The notes beneath the pieces were generated by a model that was not told where the DNA came from, made no database searches, and saw only the letters and a program-made list of their open reading frames with translations. The translations under genes were made by a program, and so were the position numbers. DNA of 64,000 bases, from the NCBI GenBank assembly GCA_951406725.2, contig OX597823.1:74338001-74402000 (forward strand). The letters are read 5' to 3'. How positions within the stretch are numbered: the stretch's first letter is position 1; each line of letters begins with the position of its first letter. Source of the stretch: Octopus vulgaris. Taxonomy: Eukaryota. Below are positions 12,946 through 26,951 of this stretch, in pieces.

Positions 12946-13839
12946 TACACATACACATACAGAGTTCTTCTTGTCTTTATACTAATGTATTGTCAGTGAT
13001 GTCCACGCTAGCGCACCGCCTGATATAAGTTACCTTCTTTTGTTTCTGATATTTCAGTGCATACGTGTGTATGTTTTTAATTGATGTACCATGGAGTTGC
13101 CAGAGGCTGATTATAACCTGTTGGATGTGGTTCATCTGGGATAAAGGAAGAAAATATTTACAGATAAAATTTAATATCTTCAGCTAGAGTCGCTGTCACG
13201 TTTCTGATTTATTTAGGTAAATAATTAAGTAACGGCAGGCCACCTTAAGGCAAGACTGTTTGTAATATATTCTGTTTACTTAGTTGTCAGCTTATGCAGC
13301 CTTTGGTAATTCACGGAATTGTTTTGTTCTCTGATTTATCCGATGGTCTATATGGAAATTTAATATATTATTCACCAGAATATTGTAATATACACAAATG
13401 TGGATGATAGCATGTTTCTCCCTCTTGTATATGCAAGATTTCCTTTAGATTTTGTAGATAATCTTTTCTGATTATCTTATTTCAGTGACTGTTTTGCAAG
13501 CAACAAAAACAATTTAAAAGAATGAAATGTCGATATTAATATTGTTACAAAAATCGTACTTGGAATTAATCCAGCACAAACAATTACCAAAGCATTGCCT
13601 TATATTATTTAACAGTTTGCATTTCAAAATAATCCATATTTTCTTTTCCTTCGTTCATTTTTTTTTAACATAGCGTGACAACAGCGTACTGGTCGCTCCG
13701 AGCAGAAATCTGCTATTTCCCATCATCACTATATTCAATTGTTTAAATTAAGGGATCCTTTTGAAACGGTCGGGCAATTGAGATCTTTGTTCGACAGACT
13801 GTTGCAAATCCCACTATAAGACACGAAGTGCTACTAAAA

Positions 13840-14310
13840 ATCAATGACAGTAGCTGAAATACGCGAAGTGGTGAAAAGTTGACCGATGTGCAAATCGCCA
13901 AGTATGTATGGACTGTGTTGCTAGCTGAAAGATTAAATGATAAACTTCTTCAGCGACCTCTTGGTGAACGCTTAACGCAACTGGCAAACAAATGGAAAAA
14001 ATCTTATTTTTGTGGACTCGAGATTGGAAGCAGAGTTGAGAAACCTTGCGAGCAATGAGAATGTAACTGGTAATTTCAGGCCCACGACTCTGTTCAAAAT
14101 TTAGACCAAGGGGGTTTACAATGATGATGGCGCTTGTCATGCAATACATCATAACAAAATGTTACTATCAAACTTAGCTTAGATGATGCATGATCAAATT
14201 GTATCAATCAGAAGTTTTCGATAGACTCGCTCATCGCTAATCTTGGTAGTAGTAATCAAATAAATTACTTCAGCTTTGGTTCGTTTTCAGAGACTGGATC
14301 TGCTCAGTGG
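13840..14310 (+). pseudogene. Degraded L1/Tx1-like reverse transcriptase N-terminal fragment
   Basis: Translations MTVAEIREVVKS*PMCKSPSMYGL (KSPG.DGL-like), GNFRPTTL (YRPISL-like), YQSEVFDRLAHRY (D..KAFDRV.H..L-like) and FRDWI. Confidence 0.65.
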
Positions 14311-14709
14311 TCAGAAGGAAGAGATACATCTCAGTTGTGCTTTGAATTGCTTGATCGGTCTATCAAGTGTGCTCTCTCTGTCTCTCGACCCGTAGCCTTT
14401 CTCTCCCACCCCTGTAGAAGCGATAGCTGTTGAATGCCATCGATTTCGGACGAGGGTATCGGAAAGCTGTGGCAGAATAGGCAGAAGATGCTGTAGCATT
14501 AGTGTTAGACACAACGAAATTGGAGGTAGGCATCATTCTAGAGGAATGTGTGGCCGTAGCAAGACTAAAAATATAATGTACATGTATGCTAGCTTGCAGC
14601 CTTGCTGTTATATGGTAAAATCCATGTTAGAAAACTATTTCCAAGGCTGTTTCATCTGCTGTGGCTATCATTACTAGTAAATAAAAAACGATAAACGTTG
14701 CCCTATTCA

Positions 14710-15060
14710 AGCCTAGCCACGCTCATGGGTCCGGTTTCCCGGTTTCTGTGGCGTATGTGTTCCCCCCCCCACCCGGTGGATGGGACGGTAGTCCATCGCA
14801 AAAAAAATAAATGCGCCCTTTTTTAAAGCCTTGCCAGGCTCATGGGCCCAGTTTCCTGGTTTCAATGGCGATGTGTTCCCCAGCTAGACGGGACGCCAGT
14901 CCATCGCAGCGTTACTCATTTTTGCCAGCTGAGTGGACTGGAGTAACGTGAAATGAAGTGTTTTGCTCTAGAACACAACGCATTGCCCGGTCCAGGAATC
15001 GAAACCACACTCTTACGATCATGATGCTGACACCATAACCACTAAGCCAAGCGCCTCCAC
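14710..15060 (-). mobile_element. tRNA-derived SINE family D (CORE-like body) plus an extra upstream tail copy
   Basis: Minus strand reads gtggaggcgcttggcttagtggtta...gtttcgattcctggaccggg...gagcaaaacacttcatttcacg...ctgcgatggactggcgtcccgtc. The tail is duplicated (14710-14800 and 14828-14910). Confidence 0.85.
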
Positions 15061-16849
15061 ATTATCACCAGTAGGATTCGTTTTAATTCCACCGAATGGA
15101 AAGAAATTAAGAGAATCTATTTAAGAAAGAAAGGGTGATTTGCATTTTTATAGCATTCCTAGTTTAGCTATTTTTAGATATTCTTGACATTTGTCAACAT
15201 TCATTTCCTCACGTCTCCGTTGGTGTTGTCTGTTTCCTCTTTTTACTATATTTTCTCGCTGTTCCTCTCTGATCCATGTTCTATATCTGCGGATTCATTC
15301 TCTATCAGCTTCCAGCCGTGTTTCTTGTGAATCCAGAGTTTAGCTTAAATTAATCCTTATGAACAAATATCAATTTTTAAACGAGCAGACGATACATAAT
15401 TACACTTATGCGTATGTGATGGTCAGAATGAAAAAAATTAGTTCAATAAAAATGTATTTTTCAATATCAGCACACCACCTCTCTCTATCTGCCTCTCTCT
15501 CTCTCTTCCATGCCCACCTCTCTCTATCTACCTTTCCCTTCAGCTAACTTTTTAACCACGTAATAAGTATTCCTTTCTCACCATACCGTACGTTGTTAAC
15601 ACTGCCTGCTCCCTCTCTTTTTGTCTCGTCTTTTATTCTCGTTCTTCGCCTCTACCTTCAGTTGAACACGTGACCATTTGGCCTAAGGGCATTAATATTA
15701 ATCACCTTTACCTACTTCATCCTCTCTTCTTTCTGCGCTCCTCTCTCTCTCTCACTCTTACTCCATCGCTCACTCACTTTTACCTCAACCTCTCTAACTA
15801 TCTAATGTATAACGGGTGAACAAACAAGCAGATTATTATATAGATAATATCACAGAAACAAGTGCTCCTCAACCCGAAGCTACCACCCACGAAAGAAGAT
15901 GCAAGCAAGGAGGCTGTAACGTAGAAGATTCGTTATTTACTTCAGAATTGCGAAATCCACAGTGAATTTCCATTTCCTTTCAAATGAGTAACAGGAGGCA
16001 GTTCTTATCGAAACTTGGGAGAAAATCTCCGACAAACTGCTGCGGGTTGAAATATGATGATATACATTGTTTAACAAACTAAGCGGAATTTCAATTAGTA
16101 TGTAAAACCCCTGTTTATAAATGGTACTAGAGTACAGAATTATAGAATGGCTACTATAAAAGACATTGATGAGAACGTCAACGTATAGAATTGGGTACGT
16201 TCGTAGCGTAGTCTGGAAGGGTGTTCAGTATCGACGTAGCTGTCAGCAACATATAGTCGAATGTGGGGCTGATATCATCATAGATGCGCAAATCGTCATA
16301 ACTTCACAAAACCACAGAATACGCAAGAGTTAGCCTTTGTAGGAGTTGCTAAATGAAATGCTTTAAATTTCTTGTCAAGTTAAAAAGAAAAGACCTGTTA
16401 AATACGTGACAGTAAAAGTAACTTAATGGCTTTCTACTTTGAAAAGAGGAAAATGAAATATAAAACGGTAACAACATTAATAAACTGCTGATCCTGAGGC
16501 GGTGCTAACATTAATTTATCGGTCTCTAAATGTGTTATGTCGCAATACTATTCAGTCGCTGTGCGTTCTACGAAATTCTCGTCGCCACTGTTATGTCGCA
16601 CGTTCGGATGCCTTCTACTACTCAACTCCGACTCTACTCTAATCTGAACTCTGACGTCTAGGCGTCTCCCACTATATCTACGTATTGGGATAGCCTACTT
16701 TATCATCTGGCGGCATCCACACAACAAAATAAGAAAAAAGCAAAGCTGATCTAGGGTGATATATGAACACAGAGCGTAAAAAGCTGGAAGAAATGCCGCT
16801 GGGACTTTTGTCTGATGCGCTAACGATTCCATAATGAAATATGATATTC

Positions 16850-18040
16850 CTGCACCACTGGGTTCACTCACGTGTTTCTGATATGAGTGTAGTATTGTCA
16901 TTTTGTAATGCAGATTTATATCTGTAAACTCCATTAGTGACTGGTCTTATATTAGTACGTCTTCTGTTTTGAGGTGTGTAACGTAGTCGGGTGGTGTTTG
17001 TATTTTCTACATACATCCTGATTGGTTTTACGTGCCTAGGCATCGGGTATGTAATTGTGTAGAGTATGTTCTGTGTGCTTTATGTTATTTTAATGGGTGA
17101 CAACAGTATAGAAAATAAAGTGTATGCTTTGTTGGTGTTAAAGAATCGGGTACTTGTTATGTATACGTATGCGTCGTGTCTCTCTATTTTCGTAATTGCT
17201 TGCGTAACTTTTCTTGGAATAATTTCTCTCTCGTTTTGTATATTAAAGGGAATTTCCTTTCTTAATTGTTTTAGAACGTTACTATCTACTTATGCTTGGC
17301 GCCAGTAAAGTTTCTCACACAATTCTCTCTGACTAAAAGCAATTTCAATTGCTTTGGATTATTGTAGGTTGCAATATTTTATCTCCGCTAGCTTTGCATT
17401 TACCTATTGATTCTTTGTATATATCTTCAAATACTTCATATATTTTTCTTGAATTATTTGCTTTATGATTCATTTCTAGTTCTTCATGTCTGTCATTTAT
17501 TCCTGCTTATTATGCTGTCCGTCCTAATTTCGTTTTTTCACGTTCTTATGGTCAATCTATATTCTATTTCTGCTGTTTCATTTTCGTATAATTTATTTCA
17601 GAATTCTTTTATCACAAATGATTAAAGAATCTTTATTTATCCATAGTTTTTTTTACGTTTGTTTCTTTTATCAAGAATTATGTAGGCAGTTACTATTAAT
17701 TCTTCAAAGGCATCGGTTTATTCTTGAACATTTGCATCTATTAGTAATAAAGCTGCGATTTTTCCTCCTATCTGTACTTTTAAATTTTGCTCTCTTGTTC
17801 ACGTCTTAAAATGTTGGGTGATATTTTTTGCTTATGATGCTATATGATTGGTATGATGTGTTTTAATGTCAGGCGTTGATTGGGTAGAGTATGTGTTATA
17901 TTGTTAGGTGGCAATTTTGTAGGATGTGAGTTGTGTGGGTTGCTGTTCTTATATAGCTGGTTATCGATTATGTAAGCGTTTGTTTTGCGTTCATTTATTA
18001 CGTGGAGATTATACAATGCTTTTGTAGTGTGCAAATATTT
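16850..18040 (-). mobile_element. Possible very old LINE relic
   Basis: A-rich minus strand with only faint APE/RT-like remnants; no clean motif. Confidence 0.25.
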
Positions 18041-18069
18041 ATCCTTTATGTGGTGTTAGTGAACTGAAA

Positions 18070-18560
18070 GCGATGTGTGTGTGAACATCACAAATTAGGG
18101 CAATCTTCTGAAAGAAATATCTGTCTGGAGAGACATTTTTATTCTATCTATAATAATTATATCTTGACCGTTTCCTTTCATCTTTTTCTGTTTAATAAAA
18201 AAAAAAAAGATCATGTCCCAGATGACTGTGGTTAGGTAGTTTTTAAGTACCATATTTGGTAGATAAACACGACTTTTCTTATCCATTTCCATGTCAAAGT
18301 GCCAGCATATTGCTCAGTGGGCAAAAGTTTCTATTCCATCATTTGTATGAATATACGCATACTTGGACTGGACTTGGATGGCGAAAATAATGTGATTATT
18401 TATTTCATTCAACTATATCTTTTGTCTACAGTTGATGGTGGAATGTTTTGTTTTATTTTATCGTAATAAGTATGTCTTCTGCTACTACTTTTACCCAGCG
18501 GTGATCGGCCATTGTTAACTTTCACTCTGACTTATATCTTTCCTTCTGTTATGGAGCGAT
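18070..18560 (-). pseudogene. Degraded RLE-type (Dong/R4-like) retrotransposon C-terminus
   Basis: ORF 18095-18292 contains VIWDM...NGQDIIIIDR...LQTDIS, matching the ILWD...NRPDIII.DK...LID restriction-like endonuclease motif. Remnants of the C..C/HI region lie upstream on the same strand. Confidence 0.6.
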
Positions 18561-19059
18561 TTTTAAAAGGATATTTTCAAATGACATTTTAATTTTGTCA
18601 TTTGGTTTTATAAAATGTTCTGTTTCTCTTAATCTAAACCTTTTCCTTTGTAGCAGTTAGTTTCTATTTTGTTCATTATTTTCCTCGTCAAAAGTTATCT
18701 TGTATTCTTTTTTAAGCTGATCAATTTCACGTTGCTCGAAAGTATTGTTTCTAGTTCTACCGCTATTATTTTACAGTAATTGTCTTCTTTCTAGTAGACG
18801 TCGTGCTCTTTATGTACAGGTTTGATATATTTTGTCTACATCGGCTTCAAATTGATACGTATGTAATCTTGGAGAAAATGAAAAGTTTTTAACTTGCCTT
18901 CTTATTCAAATCTCTCTCTCTATCTATCTCTCGTATCGTTTGATTGTCGTCCAGCCATATAAATCTCACACCAATTCTGCTTCTAATTTAATATTCTAGT
19001 TTTACTAAATCACTGCTTCCTTTGGAAGCTGGTTATTGTAGTTGATGTTGTTACTGTTG

Positions 19060-19250
19060 AGCTGATAGAGTCATTAATGCCAGACAAAATGCTTCTGGAA
19101 TTTTGTCTGTCTTTACGTTCTGAATCCCAGTTCTACCGAGGTCCACCTTGCTTTTCATCCTTTCCTGCTCTATACAATTAGTACGAGTTAGGCAATGGGG
19201 TCGGGAAATAGACAAGATCCTTCCCTCCAAAATTTCTGGCGTTGTGCATA
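19060..19250 (+). mobile_element. SINE family A
   Basis: gagctgatagagtcatta...gtctttacgttctga...gaggtccaccttgcttttcatccttt. Confidence 0.75.
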
Positions 19251-19489
19251 TAATATTGATAATAGTAATAATTAATACTTTGGTTTGTCTCAGTTTCGGT
19301 TTTATTCCTGGCAGGAATTATGTTGATTGCTGTAACCTTAGGTATCCAGAAGTTTTCGGCAGTCTTTCAAGTTTTTAGTTATTTTTCGACCTGTTCTGCT
19401 CCAACATTTTCCCAACAGTGATCAGCAGTCTTTCAACCCATGTCCTCCTCCTCCACCTCCTCCACCGCCGCCGCCAGCGCCACCACCAC

Positions 19490-20028
19490 AGAGGAGATGG
19501 TCTATTGTTTCATCAAATGTATCGCAGAATCTGCATTTAGGTTCAGAACCGTTTTGAATAACTTTAGACCGGTAGTTTTTAATAAGCAATGTTTGATCTC
19601 GAGTTGCTAATACGAAACTTTCAGCCTCTGCTTTCAGTCCTGAGCTGAGTATATACTGTCCATGCAAAGGCTTATGGCTCAAGCGTTCTTCACTTTGTTT
19701 CTGTCCGTTCACTTTTGCAATCTGTTTGATCAGTTTTGCTGTTTCGTGGCAGAGGTGTAGGGGTTCTTCATCTAATCCAGGGTTAATGCCAAGTGCTGTT
19801 GCAAATTTGCAACCTTGCTTGACAATAGAATGTGATTTATTTGCAGCTTTCGTGTTTGCACACAAACCGCGGCATCCAGTCCTCTGTACTAGACAAGAAC
19901 TTGTTCATTGCTACTGTGGAGGTCTTATAGCACAGTTCTACCTTCATCATTCCTCTTCTCCGTTGCTTCTAGGTTGGTACCGACGTCTGATTTTGGGTGG
20001 TGCATGTTCTTAGATGTCATTAGTTTTC

Positions 20029-20030
<2 letters not shown>
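19490..20030 (-). pseudogene. Dong/R4-like non-LTR retrotransposon fragment (post-RT region with zinc knuckle)
   Basis: ORF 19422-19865 contains KPLHGQY...GLKAEAESFVLATRDQTL...YRSKVI...KCRFCDTFDETIDHLLCG, typical of R4/Dong ORFs. Abuts a (TTA)n array; Dong elements target TAA repeats. Confidence 0.85.

Positions 20031-20105
<75 letters not shown>
20031..20105. repeat. (TTA)n microsatellite
   Basis: Direct inspection. Confidence 0.95.
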
Positions 20106-20107
<2 letters not shown>

Positions 20108-20110
20108 AAT

Positions 20111-20675
20111 TGAGTGAGAGAGCAGTTCATGCCATCAAAGTGACACCGGGGTAGAATATACAAAGCCCTGTATACACATCATGACTACCCGGCAACAGGA
20201 CCTCCGTAATGCTATGATGGACCGTGCAACATGGTAAATTCCATGTCTGGCGCAACATGGTAAATTCCATTGTCTCGACCACGGTCGAACAATGATGATG
20301 ATGATGATGACTACCCGTCTGATATGCTCGACATGGTGATTTCATATCAAGATAAACACCACATGACCTTGCAGGTGGGGCCCAGTTAGAATTTTCTTCT
20401 GGTCAAGTAGCCCATCTCGCTCAAAAGGTCCCTGAATAAGGATTGTTTAATGATATTGAACGAACCACCCATGTTTCCAAAGGTGAATTATCCAAACCCC
20501 AAAGAATCACTCTCAACACATGCTCCCCCACTACTTCTGCTCATGATCAGAGATGCTCATATCGTCAGCCACATAGGGACATGGTCAACTGGTTAAGGTT
20601 AGACATCTGACAAGCAAATCTGTAGTATTGAGCAGAATATTTGCTGTAGCCCATCTTTTATACCAAGACAAAACC
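20111..20675. mobile_element. Non-coding (TTA)n-associated interspersed element, copy 1, with nested insertion
   Basis: Collinear with 54358-54916 and 53133-53501 (tgagtgagagagcagttcatgccatcaaagtgacac...gagcagaatatttgctgtagcccatcttttatacc). Confidence 0.9.
20192..20306 (+). mobile_element. 5'-truncated RTE-like retroposon 3' end with (TGA)n tail
   Basis: Absent from the sister copy at 54358; flanked by an 11-bp TSD atgactacccg (20181-20191, 20307-20317); encodes DLRNAMMDR; ends in (atg)n. Confidence 0.7.
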
Positions 20676-20676
20676 A

Positions 20677-21029
20677 TTCTTCTTCTTCTTCTTCTTCTTC
20701 TTCTTCTTCTTCTTCTTCTTCTTCTTCTTCTTCTAGTCTTCTTCTTCTTCTTCTTCTTTTTTTTTTCTTCTTCTTCTTCTTCTTCTTCTTCTTCTTCGTC
20801 TTCTTCTTCTTCTTCTTCTTCTTCGTCTTCTTCTTCGTCTTCTTCTTCTTCGTCTTCTTCTTCCTCGTCCTCTTCTTCCTCGTCTTCTTCTTCTTCGTCT
20901 TCTTCTTCCTCGTCCTCTTCTTCCTCGTCTTCTTCTTCTTCGTCTTCTTCTTCTTCTTCTTCTTCTTCTTCTTCTTCTTCTTCTTCTTCTTCTTCTTCTT
21001 CTTCTTCTTCTTCTTCTTCTTCTTCTTCT
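20677..21029. repeat. ~350-bp (TTC)n microsatellite with TCG/TCC variants
   Basis: Direct inspection; explains the poly-S/L/R ORFs. Confidence 0.97.
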
Positions 21030-21489
21030 CATTATTGTTGATGTTTTTTTTATTGTTGTTGTTATTTTTATTAAGTCGGCGAGCTGGGAGAATCGTTGTC
21101 TGAGATCAAATCCTTCCCTTGACCATCTTGCCCTGCCTTTCAAAACTTTAGCAATCGACGACGAAAGGTTTATAATTAGTATCACACTTGATTTTTAACG
21201 AAACAAGACGTACTTTCCTTCGGTTTGTGAGTGTTCTTTGTGTTTATGCTGTCGGTTACATAAATAGTTTGGAGAAACACAGCATTAAAAATTCCTTCAT
21301 CATTTATGTGCCAAGACTTGTCCCGACTATGGTAGCTAAGTAGGCGGCAAAGTCAACAGAGGAGTAAGTAAAAATTCAGGTAACTTTTCTTATGCATTCG
21401 TTTATTAATGTAATCGTGGACGGACGGACAAAGCAAAGTCACAACAGCTCTTTTGTCTTCAACACGAAGTGAATTTGAAAGAAATCAGT

Positions 21490-21792
21490 ATACACCCCCC
21501 ACACACACGCGCATACACACATACACACACTCACACCCACACCCACATACCCACTCCCACTCCCACAAATATATAAACATACATATATATATATACACAT
21601 ATATACATATATGAATATTTATGTAAACATAGGTATATGGATATATATATATATATATATGTTTGTATATATCTCTATATACATATACTTATACATATAT
21701 ATATATGTGTGTATATATTTATAAACACATATACAAATGTAAATCTACATATTTATGTATGTGTAGCATATATGCATATATATATATGTATA

Positions 21793-21825
<33 letters not shown>

Positions 21826-21872
21826 GTTTGTATATATCTGTATATACATATACTTATACATACACACACACA

Positions 21873-21907
<35 letters not shown>

Positions 21908-21910
21908 ATA
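21490..21910. repeat. Compound (CA)/(TA)/(TAAA)n low-complexity tract
   Basis: Direct inspection. Confidence 0.9.
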
Positions 21911-22487
21911 TTTCATTGTTTATTACATGCAGTCGTAGTTTTCCGAATGTTATATGAATTTATTTGAGAAATAATGAAATATAGATATTAATAGGAAAAA
22001 TTGAGAAAGAATAAGCGAATCAGATTCAATAAGTTATGAATATATTTTTCATTTAAGCTATTGTATGTTTAATTTTATTCTGCTCTTCTATTTTTGAAGC
22101 ATTATTTTTCTTTTCACTGGCAGAACCAGCCAATCACAAATAAATATTAGGAGGCCACATAGAAACTAAAACTGAAAATCTTGCCTAATTTCACGCAATA
22201 TAAATTAGAAAATTAATTCAGTGGTGATTTGTAATGTTTCATATGATTTATATTTGTTTTCCTATTCTTAATTATGTATTTTTTAATATAAGAAATAAAT
22301 ATATGCGGTACGATTACACATATACACAGAAAGATACATTTAAACACACATATAAATATACACGTTTACGCACATGTACATATATTATCAAGGATCGCAG
22401 ACACATACCTCGAGTGTGTGACAGCGAAACTCTAACTATGGATGGAATACCTCGACTGTTTTCCAATAACAAGCTCTACTTTATTTA

Positions 22488-22676
22488 TGTGTGTGTGTGC
22501 GCGCGCGCGTGTGTGTGTATGTATGTGTGTGCACGTGAGAGAGAGAGGGTGAGAGGAAAAGTGAGAAATTGTGCGTGTGTGTGTTCATATATATTTGCAT
22601 ACATGTAGACACATAAACATATGTTTGCATTATACATATTCATGTATGTTGGAGTGTCTGCATCTATGTACGTGTG

Positions 22677-22733
<57 letters not shown>

Positions 22734-22855
22734 ATCTGTCTATATATATCTATCTATATCTATCTGTCTATCTATCTATCTATATCTATCTCTAATCTAT
22801 CTATCTATCTATCTATCTCTTTCTCTCTCTCTCTATTTATATATATATATATATT

Positions 22856-22900
<45 letters not shown>

Positions 22901-23082
22901 ATAGGTATATGATTGTTATTCGCATGAATTTATTATATGCCTTTCACTTCGAAGGAGAGAGGGAGAGAGAGGAAGAGAGATATTAGATGGAGTAAAACAC
23001 GTACGTACGCACACATTCACACACTAATATATACATACATATTGTATTTATTGTCTGTGATTGTAAATGTAACTTTTTGATG

Positions 23083-23165
<83 letters not shown>
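22488..23165. repeat. (TG), (TATC)n and (TA)n microsatellite tract
   Basis: Direct inspection. Confidence 0.9.
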
Positions 23166-23166
<1 letters not shown>

Positions 23167-23984
23167 TGTCTTTGTGTAAAACCTTATACATAAAAAAACA
23201 CACACATACACGCACACAGACAGAAACACACGCACTTCTATATATGTATTTATATGAATATGTACATATACACACATCAACTTTATTTACGTATATACAA
23301 TATCAATCATAAAAATTACAGACTCGTGTTAGATGTGAGCCAATTCGTGATAAACAGAAAAATAACATAGGCTGTAGATTGTAACAATAATGACATATGT
23401 ACGTAAAATTAAAACTGAAAATTATTGAGAACAAAATGGCAACAAAATGGGAGAAATGAAGAGAGTAAATCATATAATAACATTAAAAGTATATGAACTA
23501 TAAGGACACGGTGTATATTATTGCTGTGCTACAGTTAGTGTGGCGTAAACATTATTCAAAATGTTATAACCTAATGATTTCTTGAGACAGAACAGTTAAT
23601 GTGGTCTTCTTAATTCTAGTGCCTCCAAATTAGGTGATAGGACTTTCTATACTATTTACTTATGAAATACCTAACTGATGGCGGTGGTAAACTTGTGCAA
23701 GAGAATCTTGTTTTACTGCTTTTACATACTAGACAACTGAGTCATTCGAGATCATAGATATCAGGAATAGCCGTTTATAATGCACTCCAGTCATGATGTT
23801 CGTGGTGTTGAGACCTTTTTGAATGAGAATACTTATGGTTAGATTCACTGCAGCCGTAATAATTCTATCTTCTCTCCCGACATAATACAGGCTAGCGAAC
23901 GAAAAATTAGCCCGGTTTACGTAGCATTGTGTAAATACAGAAATAAATTTAAAGGTGCTGGACTGGGTGCAGCTCACTATCAGC

Positions 23985-24420
23985 AATGTTATTCAGAAGT
24001 CATGTATAGTAATTTATTCGCTTGCTCTTGTCCCCCAATTATAATTGTTGTATACATGTGAAATGATACGCCTTCAAGATTAAACTTTTTAACACCCGTT
24101 GGCATGGCCTGCTTATGTGAGATTGCTGCGATACTTTACGTGTTGACATCTTTGAATTTCGAGTAATACTCGATAACTGGATTCGAACTGTAGGTTCTCT
24201 ATGTTTGGGGTGGTTGTGCACTGACCCTGTTTTGCTCCACATCTTCACCAACGTTTCGAACGTTCTCTTTGCCGGTAAGTCTTTACAGGGAAACTTGACT
24301 TTAAAAATTTCGTGAGTATGCTTCACGGGACCTGTTCTTATATACGCTTCCTCAGTGAGTATTGAGTACGTCAACCTACAGAAAAGGCTAGAGATGTTCA
24401 CTGAGTGCGATCATACAATC
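23985..24420 (-). pseudogene. Tc1/mariner-superfamily transposase N-terminal (HTH, DUF4817-like) fragment
   Basis: ORF 24039-24401: F..KFP...P.KRT...LV..W.KTGSV.N.PK.R..TVR...KMSTRKVSQQ..ISR....VLK.L.LKAY. No catalytic DDE/D region seen. Confidence 0.75.
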
Positions 24421-25104
24421 AACTAATGTGGTGAAGATGCTGTGAGGATAAAGTAGCCAACGGTCGACTAGTGAACCAGTTACAAGCAGTGAAAATAACT
24501 TAATGACTCTTACAAACGAAAGTGCTTTTTTCATGTGTGTAAACTTATTTCTGCATTTACACTATGGCACAGAACTCAGACAAGTCTTTGTTCTTCCACC
24601 CTATATATTCAAAACCATATTGTTTTCCTTTTCATTTCAGACGGCCTTTCACCAACGAAGTTTGGTTGCTATTTCTAGGACGTCAACCAATTACATGAAA
24701 GCTCTATCATTACCTCACCACATTAGTCCATTTCCTATAGATCTCGGAATGACGCACGATAAACTGGAATTAGGTGTTCTGATATTTTGCCACCCACTAG
24801 CTGTGGTAACTATTTACCTGCATGTTCATCTAAGAGGTTTAAATTGTCAAGAATTAAGCTATTATTATGTTGATTTTGTTTAGCCGAAGAGGAGCGGACT
24901 TATAGTCAAAAGCTTGCCATTTATAACAATCTCTCCCATTTCCCGTGTTTTTCATAACTGTTATCTACGATCTTTAATGCATCATCATGTATTAAAGGCA
25001 CTGAGGTCTTTGATGTTGAGTAAATACAACCAAACTTGAACATCTCGTCTTTTATGAGTATGTAAGAGTTCAGTACACAGTGTATCTCTTGATTTAATAA
25101 TAAT

Positions 25105-25315
25105 CCTTTCTACTAAAGGCACAAGGCCTGAAAGTTGAGGCAAGGGGGCTAGTCGATTACATCGACGCCAGTGTTGCACTAGTACTTAATTCATCGACCC
25201 CGAAAGGACGAAAGGCAAAGTCGACCTCGGTGGAATCTGAACTCAGAACATCAAGGCAGACGAAATGCTGCTAAGAATTTCACCTGGCGTGCAAATGATT
25301 CTGCCAGCTCGCCAA
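25105..25315 (-). mobile_element. SINE family A, full length
   Basis: ctttctactaaaggcacaaggcctgaaa...gaaaggcaaagtcgacctcgg...gattctgccagctcgcc. Confidence 0.9.
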
Positions 25316-26534
25316 ATTCTCTTGATTAAATAATAATATGATCAAATAGACCAACCAATGTTTATTCTTTTAACTATTTATTCAAAACTCATAAAGAGAT
25401 AATTTTACAAAAAACAAAAAAACAAATCAAAACTTCTCCTTAACATCACTCCAAGAACCGGTTTTGCTGTGAAACTAGTTGGTGTAATGTGATTATAGGA
25501 CCTCGAAGCTTTGAAGTAGAGAAATTTCTTTGCTTTATAGGTACTGTTCTGTTACTGTTCTGGACGTTAATACTAATTATTTACTTTGATGTTGTTGCAT
25601 ATAATAATAAAGCAGGTTTTGGCGTTATGGTCATACTATGATGATGTCTTAATCCTGTTTCTTATAATCGATCCCCACGCGACGCTTATGTTTTTAACGC
25701 TGTTGACACCGCCGAGTTGAATAGTACTGCCCAAGTGGCGAAATCATGGTGATATCTGTTTGGCAGCTGAGGGGGAATACATATTTGTTATGCTTGTTTG
25801 TGAATTTTTATGTTTTTGTCTCGTTATTCTCAGTTGCCTTTTACTCTAATAAAGTTGAATGTGTTTGTGGATTCATTGCTTTTGGAGATTACTTACATTG
25901 ATGTTGGTTATTTTCCTTCATAGATAATGTTTCTAAGGCTACATAATCATTATTATCTACTTCTGTGAGTTTCCGTAGCAATTATTCTATTCTAAATATG
26001 TAATGAATTCTTAGTTTGGATACGGCTATTATAACACTTTCATTTATTATACCATATAAAGACAAATAAAAGGACGTTTTACCGAAAATACAAACTATAG
26101 GGGAAAGAAAACACAAGCCATAAGGCAAAATTATTCTTTTCTTTTGGTTACTCTACCAGCTAGTTCCCACATTATATACTTTTACTCCATACTTAATATG
26201 AGTCTAACCCATTTCCCATTGCACGCAACTGCTTAACGTTTAATCAGTTTAAAATCAAGAGTTTTCCTATTTGCTTTTCTTGAGGAAACTGCCATTAGCA
26301 CTAAACTGCCTGCCTTCTTAATACATAAAGTAAAAAAAAATATTTTTGGCTCATCACATGTTTTCTTGCACTTAGTTATTTATTTTTGGTGCAGAGGGTA
26401 TCCTGAGAAATATTTGGTGGGATATGATACACAAGTGAGGATTGAAATACCAGAATATATGATAGCAATTAGAATATATACATAGTTAGTGATAATTTCA
26501 TTGCTAACCCCGAGCAATGTCTTTTATATCTCAC

Positions 26535-26951
26535 CGCACCTCCTCCTTCTCCACCTTCACCACACCTCCTCCTACTCCTACTCCTTCACCACGCCGCCTA
26601 CGCCTTCGCGTTCACCAGCACCAGCACCAGTACCACCACGACCACTACCACCGCCACCACCACCACCACCACCACTTACAAAAACAACAACAATAAAAGC
26701 AACTTCTCCTCTCCTCCCTCTCCTCTTCCTCCTCTTCTTTCTTTTATCAGATGCTGTTGATGTGATAGTCATCAATTTTAAACAATGTCGACAAAATATT
26801 CAGAATAAACTCAATGTAGATTGAATGGGAAGGAGTGAATGTAATATTATTCAGTGGGCGCTGCCTCCTCTGCATGGATCATAGTTCCATTCTGCCTCTT
26901 CCTCCTCCTGTCCCTTCTTGTTCCTCTTCCTCCTCCTCTTCTACATAGTCT

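Noticed and set aside
12342-13028. YIYI/THTH/VCVC-type ORFs here and at 21637, 22571, 23017, 40491, 47523, 49820 and 62850
   Set aside because: Dinucleotide and tetranucleotide repeat read-throughs.
12250-13060. Strong splice-acceptor-like sites at ~12269 and ~13058 (also ~33244, ~48554, ~49483)
   Set aside because: No convincing open exon with matching donor or recognisable peptide; cannot be supported without transcript data.
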